A stretch of DNA of 55,926 nt from an uncultured Clostridia bacterium. GTDB lineage: Bacteria; Bacillota; Clostridia; Christensenellales; UBA1242. This document shows, in pieces, positions 10,579 through 20,430 of this stretch; within the stretch, counting starts at the first letter, position 1; the number at the start of each line of letters is the position of its first letter. Location of the stretch: the NCBI GenBank assembly GCA_944377825.1, contig CALWGA010000010.1, positions 1 to 55,926 on the forward strand. Reading direction: 5' to 3'. Made by a program: the position numbers and the translations under genes. The notes below the pieces were generated by a model. It did no database searches and was not told the origin of the DNA. It saw only the letters and a list, made by a program, of their open reading frames with translations.

Positions 10579-11982
10579 TCAAATTTTAGTGATTTCATAG
10601 CCGTCGCGCGTGTCTTTCACAAGATAGCCCTTGTTTTGAATTTCGTCGCGGAGACTGTCCGATAAAGCAAAATTTTTCTCTTTCTTCGCTTGCCAGCGCT
10701 TTTCTGCCAAATCTTTTATTTCGTTTGGAATATCAATCTTCATTTTTTCGTCAACTTGGCTTATGAAAGTTTTAGGATTTTCCTTAAATAAACCAAGAAG
10801 AGAATATGTGTTTATTACGCTATTCAAGGTTACCATCACGCTTTTATCGCCATTTTTTATCTTTTCTTTCACGTCTTTAAAGATGTTGAATAGATAGGAT
10901 ATTGCCTTTGATGTGTTCAAATCATCGCGCATAGCGTCATCAAAATTCTCGCCCACGCTCGCGTCCACGCCAGAAAATTCTCCAAACTTACCTTCCGCTT
11001 CGCTCAAAACCTTATAGAAATTGTATAGATGCTTTTCCGAATCTTCGAAAAGTTTGTCGGTGATGTTTATGTCGGTGTGGTAGGAATTTTGAAGAAGAGC
11101 AAACTTGATAACTTCAATATGGTAGTCTTTCCTTAAGTCTTTCATAAGCAGTGAATTTCCCAAACTCTTACTCATCTTCTGCCCGTTCACGCGGATAAGC
11201 CCATTGTGTATCCAATATTTCGCAAAAAGCTTGCCTGTCAAACTCTCCGTCTGCGCAATCTCGTTTTCGTGATGTGGAAAAAGTAAATCTCTTCCGCCAC
11301 CATGGATATCAATTTGCTCGCCAAAGGTCACATAGTTCATAACCGAGCACTCGATATGCCAGCCAGGTCGCCCTTTACCCCATGGCGACTCCCAAAAAGG
11401 TTCACCCTCTTTTGCCGATTTCCAAAGCGCAAAATCAAGTGGCGACCTTTTGAACTCGTCATTCTCAATTCTCACGCCGTCTAACGCCTCTTCCGTGCGC
11501 CTGCCAGATAGTTTTCCATATTCCCTAAAGGTGTCCACAGAAAAGTAGACATCGCCGTTAGGCGTCGAATACGCCTTGCCTTTTTCAATCAGTTTAGAGA
11601 TAAATTTAATCATGTCAGGTATGGTCTTTGTCGCATAGAGCCAAACATCAGGCTCGCCGATTTGAAAAGCCTGCATTTCCTTATCTATCTCTTCAATCAT
11701 CTTTTCAGCATACTCGTTTGCTGGAACATGTAACTCATTCGACTTTGCGATAATCTTATCGTCAACATCGGTGTAGTTTCTGGCATAGATGACCTTATAG
11801 CCTTCCTTCACGAGAAATTTTCTCATTATGTCGTAAATAAGTGCTTGATATAGATGCCCAATATGCGCCTCCGCCGACGGAGTTATTCCGCACGCATACA
11901 TCTTGACATTATGGTCATCTAATGGCACAAAATCTTCCTTTTGTCGCGAGAGAGAGTTGCAAAATTTGATATTTTTGTTCAT
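10579..11982 (-). CDS. cysS: cysteinyl-tRNA synthetase
   Basis: HIGH motif (AHIGHLYQ), KMSKS motif (QKMSKSLGN), and WHIECS typical of CysRS. Confidence 0.95.
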   Translation of the reverse strand: MNKNIKFCNSLSRQKEDFVPLDDHNVKMYACGITPSAEAHIGHLYQALIYDIMRKFLVKEGYKVIYARNYTDVDDKIIAKSNELHVPANEYAEKMIEEIDKEMQAFQIGEPDVWLYATKTIPDMIKFISKLIEKGKAYSTPNGDVYFSVDTFREYGKLSGRRTEEALDGVRIENDEFKRSPLDFALWKSAKEGEPFWESPWGKGRPGWHIECSVMNYVTFGEQIDIHGGGRDLLFPHHENEIAQTESLTGKLFAKYWIHNGLIRVNGQKMSKSLGNSLLMKDLRKDYHIEVIKFALLQNSYHTDINITDKLFEDSEKHLYNFYKVLSEAEGKFGEFSGVDASVGENFDDAMRDDLNTSKAISYLFNIFKDVKEKIKNGDKSVMVTLNSVINTYSLLGLFKENPKTFISQVDEKMKIDIPNEIKDLAEKRWQAKKEKNFALSDSLRDEIQNKGYLVKDTRDGYEITKI

Positions 11983-12154
11983 AAAATTCCTTTAAAAAGT
12001 TAAATTTATTAAAAAATTAGATATTTTATTATATTTTATCTATTAAGAATTGTATTTTTCAATTTGATTATTTGAAATATTTTCCATTAAAATGTTTTTG
12101 AATTTTTTTCTAATTTAAAAAACATAATTAGACACAAACTTATGCAACTGCGCC

Positions 12155-12538
12155 TTAAATTTTCTTATTCAAATAATAGTTTAATTGTTCAATCGCCTTG
12201 TCGACGTCGTGGTTATCATCATTAAAATATTTGTTTAGTTCATTTTTGTAACACTCAAGTTCATTTTTGCCTTTTTCGGTCAAAAAAAGCATGCGATTAC
12301 GCTTGTCTAACTCGCCTTGCTTTGCGATTATCACACCTTCTTCTTCCAACTTTTTGCTCATAAGGGCAAAATTGCTCTTTTTCACGCCGAGTTTTGAGAT
12401 AATCATGCCAACGGACAAGTTTTGATACTCACTGACGAAATACAAAAACTTCATCCTTAAAAGGTTGTTTTTCGCAAAATGCTTTGTTATGTTTTCAAGT
12501 AGTGCTTCTATCTCAAGCAGTTTATCAATGTTTTTCAT
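12155..12538 (-). CDS. MarR-family transcriptional regulator
   Basis: 127 aa with a winged-helix pattern: LGVKKSNFALMSKKLEEEGVI...DKRNRMLFLTEKG. Confidence 0.8.
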   Translation of the reverse strand: MKNIDKLLEIEALLENITKHFAKNNLLRMKFLYFVSEYQNLSVGMIISKLGVKKSNFALMSKKLEEEGVIIAKQGELDKRNRMLFLTEKGKNELECYKNELNKYFNDDNHDVDKAIEQLNYYLNKKI

Positions 12539-12547
12539 AATACTTTT

Positions 12548-12576
12548 ATTATAACAATATCCCCTTTTTTTTGCAA
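12548..12576 (-). promoter_or_regulatory. promoter abutting the MarR start codon
   Basis: On the minus strand: TTGCAA (12576-12571), 17 nt, TATAAT (12553-12548, with TGT extension), 9 nt, ATG 12538. No Shine-Dalgarno sequence. Confidence 0.55.
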
Positions 12577-12603
12577 CTAAAAAACCATTATATTAAAAAA
12601 TCA

Positions 12604-13620
12604 TCAACAATTTTTAAGAGCATCAACAAAATCATCAACCTCATTTTTTGTCATTTGGAAGTTTGTCCTAAGCCTTACTGTATGTTTTGCCTTATCATTA
12701 TAATCTATCTTGTATGTCTTTTTAAGTTTGTTTAACTTTTCAAAAGGCAATTTGATGAAAACCGTGTTACCTTCAATAGGATAGATAGATTGATAACCAA
12801 TCTTCAAAAGTTCTTCGCTTAAGTATCTTGCCATTTCGTTAGCATGCTCGGCATTTTTGAGCCAAAGATCATTTTTGAAGTATTCGACAAACTGGCATGA
12901 GAAAAATCTTGTTTTAGAAAAGGTTAAAGCAAGTTGTTTTTGTTCTGGACTTAAATCTCTTTGAAAATTTTCATTTAAAAAGATTAAAAGTTCGCCAAAG
13001 AGACAACCATTTTTGTTCCCACCTATTGTGAAAGCATCCACACCTGTGTCTTCCATCAACTCTTTTAGAGAGCATTTAAGATATGCAAGCGCATTTGCCA
13101 TTCTTGCTCCGTCAACATAAACATACATGCCCTGAGCGTGAGCAAAATCGCAGATTTTTTTAATTTCTTTTGGAGTATAACACGTTCCAACTTCAGTTGT
13201 TTCAGAAAAAGCAACAACCTTTATCGGTGGCATATGTCCGCCTAAAGTTGCCAGCGCTTTTTTAATTTTATCTACAGTTATCTTACCATTTTCTCCATTT
13301 ATAGTTAATATCTTCGTGTTTAAAACATATTCTGTCGCACCCATTTCAGACTTAGCAATATGAGTGCCCTCTTCACATAAAATAGAAGAAACTGAGCCTT
13401 GAAGTAGCATTCTCAAGCCTAAAACATTGACCGCTGTTCCATTTGAAACAAAGAGTGTGTTAGTTTTTTTGGTGAACATGCCTTGCACTATTTCTCGCAC
13501 TTTTTTTGTGTATTCATCCTTAAAATATCCTATTGAATAACCCTTATTGGCATCAGCAATCGCATCAATGATTTCCTGATTTACGCCACTATATGTATCG
13601 CTCAAAAAATTAATCTTCAT
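12604..13620 (-). CDS. PLP-dependent threonine aldolase-family (beta-eliminating lyase fold) enzyme
   Basis: N-terminus INFLSDTYSG, NGT..N motif, and GGNKNG (PLP lysine context as in GATKNG-type threonine aldolases). Start chosen at ATG 13620, downstream of GGGAG. Confidence 0.6.
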   Translation of the reverse strand: MKINFLSDTYSGVNQEIIDAIADANKGYSIGYFKDEYTKKVREIVQGMFTKKTNTLFVSNGTAVNVLGLRMLLQGSVSSILCEEGTHIAKSEMGATEYVLNTKILTINGENGKITVDKIKKALATLGGHMPPIKVVAFSETTEVGTCYTPKEIKKICDFAHAQGMYVYVDGARMANALAYLKCSLKELMEDTGVDAFTIGGNKNGCLFGELLIFLNENFQRDLSPEQKQLALTFSKTRFFSCQFVEYFKNDLWLKNAEHANEMARYLSEELLKIGYQSIYPIEGNTVFIKLPFEKLNKLKKTYKIDYNDKAKHTVRLRTNFQMTKNEVDDFVDALKNC

Positions 13621-13695
13621 AAACACTCACTCCCATAAATTCAACTCAATTCTATCATATATATTAAAAAATAACCAAACAATTTTCCATTTTGC

Positions 13696-13724
13696 TTGCA
13701 TTTTAAGCGCCAGTTTTTTAAAAT
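13696..13724 (+). promoter_or_regulatory. promoter abutting the recD2 start codon
   Basis: TTGCAT (13696-13701), 17 nt, TAAAAT (13719-13724), 6 nt, ATG 13731. Confidence 0.5.
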
Positions 13725-13730
13725 ATAAGC

Positions 13731-15968
13731 ATGGCATTAGTTGGAACTATTGAAGATATTGTCTTTCGTAACGAAGAAAATGGCTACACCGTGGCAAAAC
13801 TTGAAAAAGACGGCTCACTTGTCACAGTGGTGGGCAAGTTTATTGATGTTAAAGTGGGCGCAATGGTCACTTTGGAGGGTAAATTTGAGCGCTCAAAGTT
13901 TGGCGTGCAATACGCCTTCACGTCCTACGAACTCACTCAGCCAAAGACGATTGCAGGTATTGAAAAATATTTGGGAAGCGGACTCATCCGCGGTGTCGGG
14001 CCGATAACGGCAAAGCGCATTGTGGAGACCTTTGGCACGGACACACTGGAAATTATGGAATACGCGCCTGAAAAACTCGCTTCCATTAAAGGTATAAGCG
14101 AAAAGAAGGCGCTTGAAATTGGCATGAGCTATCGCGAGCATAAGGAAGTGGAAAACACGATAATACTACTCCAGTCCTACAACATCTCCACAAATATGGC
14201 ACTGAAAATCTACAATGTCTACCACGAAAAGACGGCTGACATAGTTAAAAACAACCCATACAAACTGATTGAAGATATCGACGGCATCGGCTTCACCACC
14301 GCGGATAGAATTGCAAAGAACATCGGCATCCCTTCCGACAGCGCTTTTCGTGTGCGCGCTGGGCTTATCCATGTGCTTAAAACAAGTTGTGAAAAGAATG
14401 GAAACACCTATTTACCAAAAAATATGCTCTTTAATGAAGCATCAAGAGCGCTTGACCTATCATATGAAGGGAACACCGACCTATTTAACAACACCTTCGA
14501 CACGCTGTGCCTAGATAAGACCTGCGTCACCCTTTGGAACGACAATGTGGAGATTGTTATGCTTTCGCGATATTACTACTACGAAAACTCCATCGCGCAA
14601 AAACTCACTTGGCTTAAAAACGTCAGCAAAAGTGTGGATGTCGATGTTGATGCGGACATACAGAACTTTCAAGAGCGAAATAAGATTGAACTCCACGAAG
14701 AGCAGATTAAGGCGATTAAAGGCGCGGTTAATAACGGCGTGTATGTGATAACAGGTGGGCCAGGAACAGGAAAGACCACGATCATCAAGTGTATTTTGGA
14801 GATTTTTGAGAATATGAAACTCCGCGTTGCGCTCGTTGCTCCGACAGGGCGTGCTTCCAAGCGCATGAGTGACAGCACAGGGCGTGAAGCAAAGACCATT
14901 CATAGACTTCTTGAAGTCAATGTGATAAAGACCGATGAAAGTTATTTTATGCACAACGAAAGCAACCCACTTAAAGTGGATGCGGTGATTTGCGACGAGG
15001 TGTCCATGGTGGACTGCGCCCTTATGTGCAACCTTTTGAAAGCCCTTCCGCGTGACTGCAAACTCATCCTTGTTGGCGATAAAGACCAACTTCCAAGCGT
15101 TGGCGCTGGCAACGTGCTTGCCGACATATTGGGAAGCGGAACAATTCCATACTGCATGCTGACAAAAATCTTCAGGCAGGGCGAAAAAAGTTTGATTATC
15201 ACAAACGCCCACCTTATAAACGATGGCAAGATGCCACTTATCGACAACACCAGCACCGATTTTTTCTTTGAAAGCAAGGGCGACCCAGAGAGCATCAAAA
15301 ACACGATTGTCAACCTTGTCACCACACGCCTACCAAAATTTCTCAAAACCGATCCACGCGAAATTCAAGTGCTTGCGCCGATGAAGGTTGGAGTGTGCGG
15401 AATTGAAAGTTTGAATAGAATCTTGCAAGAGGTCATCAATCCGCCTAGCCCAAACAAACCGCAAGTTGAGGTTGGACAGACGATTTTTAGGCTCGGCGAC
15501 AAGGTGATGCAGATAACAAATAACTATGACCTTGAGTGGAAAAAGTTTGGAAAATACGCCGACGAACTCGGTCAAGGTGTGTTTAACGGAGATATTGGCT
15601 ATATCACCCTTATCGACCAAAATAGTGGCGAGGTTAATGTGGAGTTTGAAGATGGCAGAAACTGCCTATATTCTCGCCCAGACCTACTCGACCTATCCCT
15701 GTCCTACGCGATAACCATTCACAAAAGTCAGGGCTCGGAGTTTGACACGGTCATTATTCCAGCGATTGCAGGGCCAAGCATAATCTTAACACGAAACTTA
15801 ATCTACACCGCAGTCACTCGCGCAAAGAAGATGGTGATAATAGTCGGCGAAAAGCAATATTTAAAGCGCATGGTGGCAAATAAATACACAGCAACTCGCT
15901 TCACGCTCCTAAAAAAACTACTTATCACCGCCGAAGAAAAAATGGCAAAGTTATTCGATGAAAACTAA
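13731..15968 (+). CDS. recD2: RecD2-type SF1B 5'-3' DNA helicase
   Basis: Walker A GGPGTGKTT, Walker B CDEVSMVD, plus LVGDKDQLPSVGAG, IHKSQGSEF and YTAVTRAKK. An N-terminal OB/HhH region is present (GIGFTTADRIA). Confidence 0.9.
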   Translation: MALVGTIEDIVFRNEENGYTVAKLEKDGSLVTVVGKFIDVKVGAMVTLEGKFERSKFGVQYAFTSYELTQPKTIAGIEKYLGSGLIRGVGPITAKRIVETFGTDTLEIMEYAPEKLASIKGISEKKALEIGMSYREHKEVENTIILLQSYNISTNMALKIYNVYHEKTADIVKNNPYKLIEDIDGIGFTTADRIAKNIGIPSDSAFRVRAGLIHVLKTSCEKNGNTYLPKNMLFNEASRALDLSYEGNTDLFNNTFDTLCLDKTCVTLWNDNVEIVMLSRYYYYENSIAQKLTWLKNVSKSVDVDVDADIQNFQERNKIELHEEQIKAIKGAVNNGVYVITGGPGTGKTTIIKCILEIFENMKLRVALVAPTGRASKRMSDSTGREAKTIHRLLEVNVIKTDESYFMHNESNPLKVDAVICDEVSMVDCALMCNLLKALPRDCKLILVGDKDQLPSVGAGNVLADILGSGTIPYCMLTKIFRQGEKSLIITNAHLINDGKMPLIDNTSTDFFFESKGDPESIKNTIVNLVTTRLPKFLKTDPREIQVLAPMKVGVCGIESLNRILQEVINPPSPNKPQVEVGQTIFRLGDKVMQITNNYDLEWKKFGKYADELGQGVFNGDIGYITLIDQNSGEVNVEFEDGRNCLYSRPDLLDLSLSYAITIHKSQGSEFDTVIIPAIAGPSIILTRNLIYTAVTRAKKMVIIVGEKQYLKRMVANKYTATRFTLLKKLLITAEEKMAKLFDEN

Positions 15969-16719
15969 AGAGAAAACAAAAAATTTAACAAAAGTGATGG
16001 ACAATTTCTTAAGGTTGATTTTTCCGCCTGATATCAAATGTATCTTCTGCGGATGCGACATCAACCACTTTTATGACCGCCCGTTTTGCGATAAGTGCGC
16101 TAAAACCTTGAGTTTTAACATAGGCAACCGCTGTCGAATTTGCGACGAGCCGATTGAAAACGAAGCGATAATTTGCGACAACTGCCAAAAACGCAAGCAT
16201 TATTTCAAACACGCCTATTGTCCGTTTGTATATAAGGATAAAGTGAGAGAAAGTTTGCTTTCCTATAAAATGGACAACAAACGCTATCTCTCGCTCGCCT
16301 ATGCGATTATGATAACAAAATATATCGGCGAGGACATCAAAAATTTTGACGCGATAACCTTTGTGCCGATGACAAGAAAGAGAGAAAAAGAACGCTCTTT
16401 CAACCAGTCGAAACTGCTCGCCGAAGAAATCGGCAAAATTGTCAAACTTCCAGTTGTTGAATGTTTGAAAAAGAATTTTGACACAAAAGAGCAAAAGGTA
16501 TTAAACTACAAAGAGCGATTGACTAACCTTGACAATAAATTTTCGGTCATCAACAGCGAAAAGATAAAGGGCAAGAAAATATTGCTTGTCGACGATATAA
16601 TAACCACCTGCGCCACGGTCGACGCCTGCGCAAAACTTCTTTCAAAACACGCCAGCGAAATCTTCGTCTGCGCAGTGGCACGAAATAAACTCCATAAAAA
16701 TATAGTTGATAGGATTTAA
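15958..16719 (+). CDS. comFC: ComF-family protein (ComFC-like phosphoribosyltransferase with N-terminal Cys4 zinc fingers)
   Basis: CIFCG...CDKC...CRIC...CDNC cysteine pairs, and a PRTase loop ILLVDDIITTCATVDAC. The start overlaps the recD2 stop by 11 nt. Confidence 0.85.
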   Translation: MKTKEKTKNLTKVMDNFLRLIFPPDIKCIFCGCDINHFYDRPFCDKCAKTLSFNIGNRCRICDEPIENEAIICDNCQKRKHYFKHAYCPFVYKDKVRESLLSYKMDNKRYLSLAYAIMITKYIGEDIKNFDAITFVPMTRKREKERSFNQSKLLAEEIGKIVKLPVVECLKKNFDTKEQKVLNYKERLTNLDNKFSVINSEKIKGKKILLVDDIITTCATVDACAKLLSKHASEIFVCAVARNKLHKNIVDRI

Positions 16720-17028
16720 AGAGCAAAAAAGTAAAGTGACAAAAAGTAATGATTTTAATAAAATTGGTAATTAAAAACACATTTTAAAATTTAAAATAAT
16801 TTCTAAAAATATTTAAAAAATCATAAAAATAGTGAAAAAAATGCTATTTTTCGCTATTTTTTAATAAAAAATTGATTTTTTGAGTATTTTTTCGCATTTT
16901 TTGTTATTTTTTCTTTTTTTATCAATCTTCCGTTTTCTAATATTTTATCTAATTATCTATTTTCCCCCTTTTGTTTTTATAAACTTTTTAATTTTGTAAT
17001 TTGCAAACTTTTCGCACTTTACAACTAT

Positions 17029-18588
17029 CTATTTTTCCTCTTCGAGTAAAACCTTTTCTTCCACTTTTTCATCCTTTTTCTCTAGTTCCTTTATTTGCAC
17101 TTTAAGGATGTCGGCGCGTTTGATGTTGTATTTTGAAAAGATGATGATTGCCAGCGCTATCGCAATGCTACTTCCAAAGAAAACAATCTTCCCTAAGCCT
17201 GCTTGAACGGATAACGCCTGCAGTGGCATGGTGGAATCAAACTTGATTAAATCTAATAGCACGCCGATAATGAGAAGCGTTATCGAGTTTGTGAAATTGT
17301 AGGTAAAGGTGTAGTAGCCAGTGAAGCGCCCTGCGTTATTCTTCTTCGTCTTATACTGCTCCATTGTCACCACATCGGCATACATCGAGTGTGGCAGAGA
17401 GTAGAGCGCGCCCGAGCCGAGTCCGCAGATAAAGATACACGGAAGCACAAACCAAAAGATGAAATCGCTTGTGCAGTAGGTGCGGAAAAGGAAGGTGACG
17501 CTGGTCAGCGCAATGCCGACGAGTAGCAAACAAAGCGCGAAGATGAGAGTTTGTTTTTTGTCATATTTTTTCACTAAATTCACCCAAATAAGTTGCGAAA
17601 GAATCGCTCCGCCAAATAGACATATCATAATAACTGAAATTTGCGTGGAAGAAAAGTGGTAGCAGAATGTGAAAAGGTGCATACCGACCGAAGTTATGAA
17701 AATCGACGCAATAAGCGAAACGGAATAGCCCAGCATGACCGTTCTAAATTCTTTCTTTTTAAGCGTTTCCACATATCCGCCTATTATCTTTTTGAAACTA
17801 TGCTTTTCTTTCGTTTTTCCCTCTTCTTCCACTGCACTTTTATCATAATTTGGCATGGAAATCACTCGCTTTCGCGTTCCGAACACCGAGATAAGTCCGC
17901 AGATGATGACAAGCGCGGAATTGACAAGCGCGATATAGATATATCCTTCCTTATTAAACTGCGTTTGAACGCCGATGCTTGCCGATGGCATGAAGATATA
18001 CATCAAAATGCTTGGCATAATCATACCCAAAATGTAGAAAACCGACTTAAAACTCTGCATCTTTGTTTGGTCGTTGTAGTCCGGTGCGATGTCGATACAA
18101 AGTGCGGAATATGGCGTGGCGAAAAAAGTGTTGAAGGTCTCTTGCAAAAGCAAAAAGCCCATAAGCCAAATAATGGCAAGGTTTGAGCCCTTTTCAATCG
18201 GGCATGTCCAAAGAAGAATGTTGCACACCGCAAGCACAAAAGAGGCAATCAGCATATGGAGAAGGCGCCTGCCAAAAAACTTGTTTTTTGTTCTATCCGA
18301 CAGATAGCCGATGATTGGGTCAGACACGCCGTCCCAAAGCGAAGTGAGCGCTATAGTCGCACCGACCAGCACACCAGAAAGCCCCATAACGCTTGTGGCA
18401 AAGAACATGATAAAGGAGTTGACAGTTTGTCCCATACTGCCATAGCCTAGATTTCCAATCCCATAACAAAGTTTTGTCCAAAACGATAGTTTCTTCTTTT
18501 CCACAAAGTAGTATATGAAAGAAAACGCCTTTTTTAGAATTTTAATTTTTAAAACTAAAATTGAAGTAAAAATCGCAAAAAATAACAA
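17029..18588 (-). CDS. MFS transporter, glycoside-pentoside-hexuronide (GPH) cation symporter-like
   Basis: YGIGNLGYG...DPIIGYLSDRTKNKFGRR signature and about 12 hydrophobic segments. The start is uncertain: TTG 18588 or GTG 18504. Confidence 0.75.
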   Translation of the reverse strand: MLFFAIFTSILVLKIKILKKAFSFIYYFVEKKKLSFWTKLCYGIGNLGYGSMGQTVNSFIMFFATSVMGLSGVLVGATIALTSLWDGVSDPIIGYLSDRTKNKFFGRRLLHMLIASFVLAVCNILLWTCPIEKGSNLAIIWLMGFLLLQETFNTFFATPYSALCIDIAPDYNDQTKMQSFKSVFYILGMIMPSILMYIFMPSASIGVQTQFNKEGYIYIALVNSALVIICGLISVFGTRKRVISMPNYDKSAVEEEGKTKEKHSFKKIIGGYVETLKKKEFRTVMLGYSVSLIASIFITSVGMHLFTFCYHFSSTQISVIMICLFGGAILSQLIWVNLVKKYDKKQTLIFALCLLLVGIALTSVTFLFRTYCTSDFIFWFVLPCIFICGLGSGALYSLPHSMYADVVTMEQYKTKKNNAGRFTGYYTFTYNFTNSITLLIIGVLLDLIKFDSTMPLQALSVQAGLGKIVFFGSSIAIALAIIIFSKYNIKRADILKVQIKELEKKDEKVEEKVLLEEEK

Positions 18589-18759
18589 AATTTGACATTT
18601 TTTCTATTTTTAAAACATTTTTTTCGTAATTTTTGTTAATTTATTGATTTTTTTCTTATAATTTAAACAAATTTAAAAATTATTTTTTAAGATATTTCTT
18701 AAAATTTATCTTCTAAAATCCAACACTTATAATAATGGTTTAAAACAAAAAGAAGAGGA

Positions 18760-19545
18760 TTAATAATTCTCCTCTTCTGCTCTTTTTTGTTCTTTCTTTT
18801 TCTTCTTTGCTTCAAGTTTTTTCTTTTTCTCTTCTGCCTTGTCTACAACTTTGGCTCGCACCAAAGTTTCTGCAATTTCAAACCTATTTTTCATCACAGG
18901 CACAAGTTCCTTGCAATATCTTTCAATAACCGCCTCAATATGCTCGCGCTCTTTTTCATAATCAGGGTCATCTTCCATTTCCAGTGAGAAAATGCGCTTT
19001 TCTCCCTTCCTACCACTTCTCAAATCGCGAATACTTAGATTTTCAAAAGTTGCCACCACCTCATATCCTGTTCCGCTGACAATCTTATACCTATTACCAC
19101 CTATCCCTATCCTAATATAAGGCGTCGTGTGTTTGACAACGTCCACTAAGTTGATTGTGAAAACATTGTTGAAGATGTTGTTGATTGTGTCGGCTATCTG
19201 CACAGGGAAGTCGCTAGGCTGGTCATCCTTTTCGCATTCGCCCAAAAAGGACTTTTTCTCGTGCAGTTGATAGGTGTCCGTAAGACTATTTATCCTAACA
19301 AGCGAGAAATAAACGCGCTCTGGTGTTATCTTCTTTCTCAGTTCCAACCCAACACCTGTGAGAAGATTTTTGTCGGTGTCGTAAACAATCTCTTCTTCTT
19401 TAATAACGCCGTCATCCACAATGCTGTAAAACCCAAGGTTATTTCTAAGTTTTCTTGTGGTCATTCGTTCGTTATCGATAATGATGTAATAGTTTTTTCT
19501 AATTGTATGGAATTTTGTCGGCTTACCCTTATTTGGTAAAAGCAT
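18760..19545 (-). CDS. hypothetical protein, possibly a CYTH/triphosphate-tunnel-like fold, with a lysine-rich tail
   Basis: Strong AGGAGG Shine-Dalgarno. Weak resemblance to the CYTH pattern (VYDTDKNLL..GLELRKK ... FSLEME). The C-terminus is AEEKKKKLEAKKKKKEQKRAEEE. Confidence 0.6.
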   Translation of the reverse strand: MLLPNKGKPTKFHTIRKNYYIIIDNERMTTRKLRNNLGFYSIVDDGVIKEEEIVYDTDKNLLTGVGLELRKKITPERVYFSLVRINSLTDTYQLHEKKSFLGECEKDDQPSDFPVQIADTINNIFNNVFTINLVDVVKHTTPYIRIGIGGNRYKIVSGTGYEVVATFENLSIRDLRSGRKGEKRIFSLEMEDDPDYEKEREHIEAVIERYCKELVPVMKNRFEIAETLVRAKVVDKAEEKKKKLEAKKKKKEQKRAEEENY

Positions 19546-19667
19546 ACCTTCCTCCTTTTAATATTTCAATCGCGATTTAGTTAGATATATTGTAAACAAA
19601 AAAAAGAAAAAAAGCAAATGAATAATAAAAATAAAAACTGGCAATATTCCTTTCGAGGAGAAAAAAT

Positions 19668-20264
19668 ATGGATTTTAATGAAAGTGTAACAAAAATAAAT
19701 CTTGCAAGAGGCTTCGCTGCCGAGTGTCAGGCAGGAGCGCGCTATCAATTTATGAGCAAAATGGCGCTTAAGGACAATCAAAAATTTTTATCCGACACCA
19801 TGAAAACGCTCGCCAAAAACGAGATGGCACACGCCAAACTCTTCTATGACTACATCATAGAAAAAGGGAGTTCCAAAAATATCGCGATAGAAGCAGGCTA
19901 TCCTTTCGAGTCGCCAGAACTTAAAACATCTCTTTTGGGCGAGTCGATGATTGAACTATCGGAAGCAAAAAACATCTATCCGTCCTTTGCAAAAATCGCA
20001 CAGGATGAGGGTTTCACGGATATTGCCAAGTCCTTTGAAATGGTGGCACGCGTGGAAGAAACGCATCACAAAATACTGAAATACTTAGGCAACCTATACA
20101 AAAGTCACACCATGTATAAGAGAAACAAGCCGACCAAATGGAAATGCTCAAACTGTGGATTTGTGGAAATCGCAAAGGAAAGTTACAAAACTTGTCCGCT
20201 CTGCCACTTAGAGCAAGGATATGTCATCATCAACCTTGAGGACACAGACGAAGCAAAATGCTAA
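19668..20264 (+). CDS. rbr: rubrerythrin
   Basis: Ferritin-like diiron ligand pattern (E..E..H repeats: EMAHAK, EETHHK) plus a C-terminal rubredoxin-like CSNCG...CPLCH. Confidence 0.9.
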   Translation: MDFNESVTKINLARGFAAECQAGARYQFMSKMALKDNQKFLSDTMKTLAKNEMAHAKLFYDYIIEKGSSKNIAIEAGYPFESPELKTSLLGESMIELSEAKNIYPSFAKIAQDEGFTDIAKSFEMVARVEETHHKILKYLGNLYKSHTMYKRNKPTKWKCSNCGFVEIAKESYKTCPLCHLEQGYVIINLEDTDEAKC

Positions 20265-20430
20265 TTTTTAGCATTTTTACATATTTTTATCGTTTTTTGC
20301 TGTTTTTTGATTTTTATTTATTTTTAATTATATTTTCATTTTGATATTTTTTCAACGCTTTCAATTATTTTTAAAACAAAAGCAAAATAAAAATTTACAA
20401 ATAATCTCGACCTTTTCGTATTTTAACTAT

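Noticed and set aside
14511-15212. Long antisense ORFs inside bona fide genes: 233 aa in recD2, and also 9101-9655 in the ATPase gene, 17641-18186 in the MFS gene, 36571-37128 in glnS, 16009-16494 in comFC and 21243-21665 across rpmE/rpsR.
   Set aside because: These are shadow ORFs opposite strongly supported, motif-bearing genes. They have Arg/His/Cys/Phe-rich nonsense composition and no Shine-Dalgarno or promoter.
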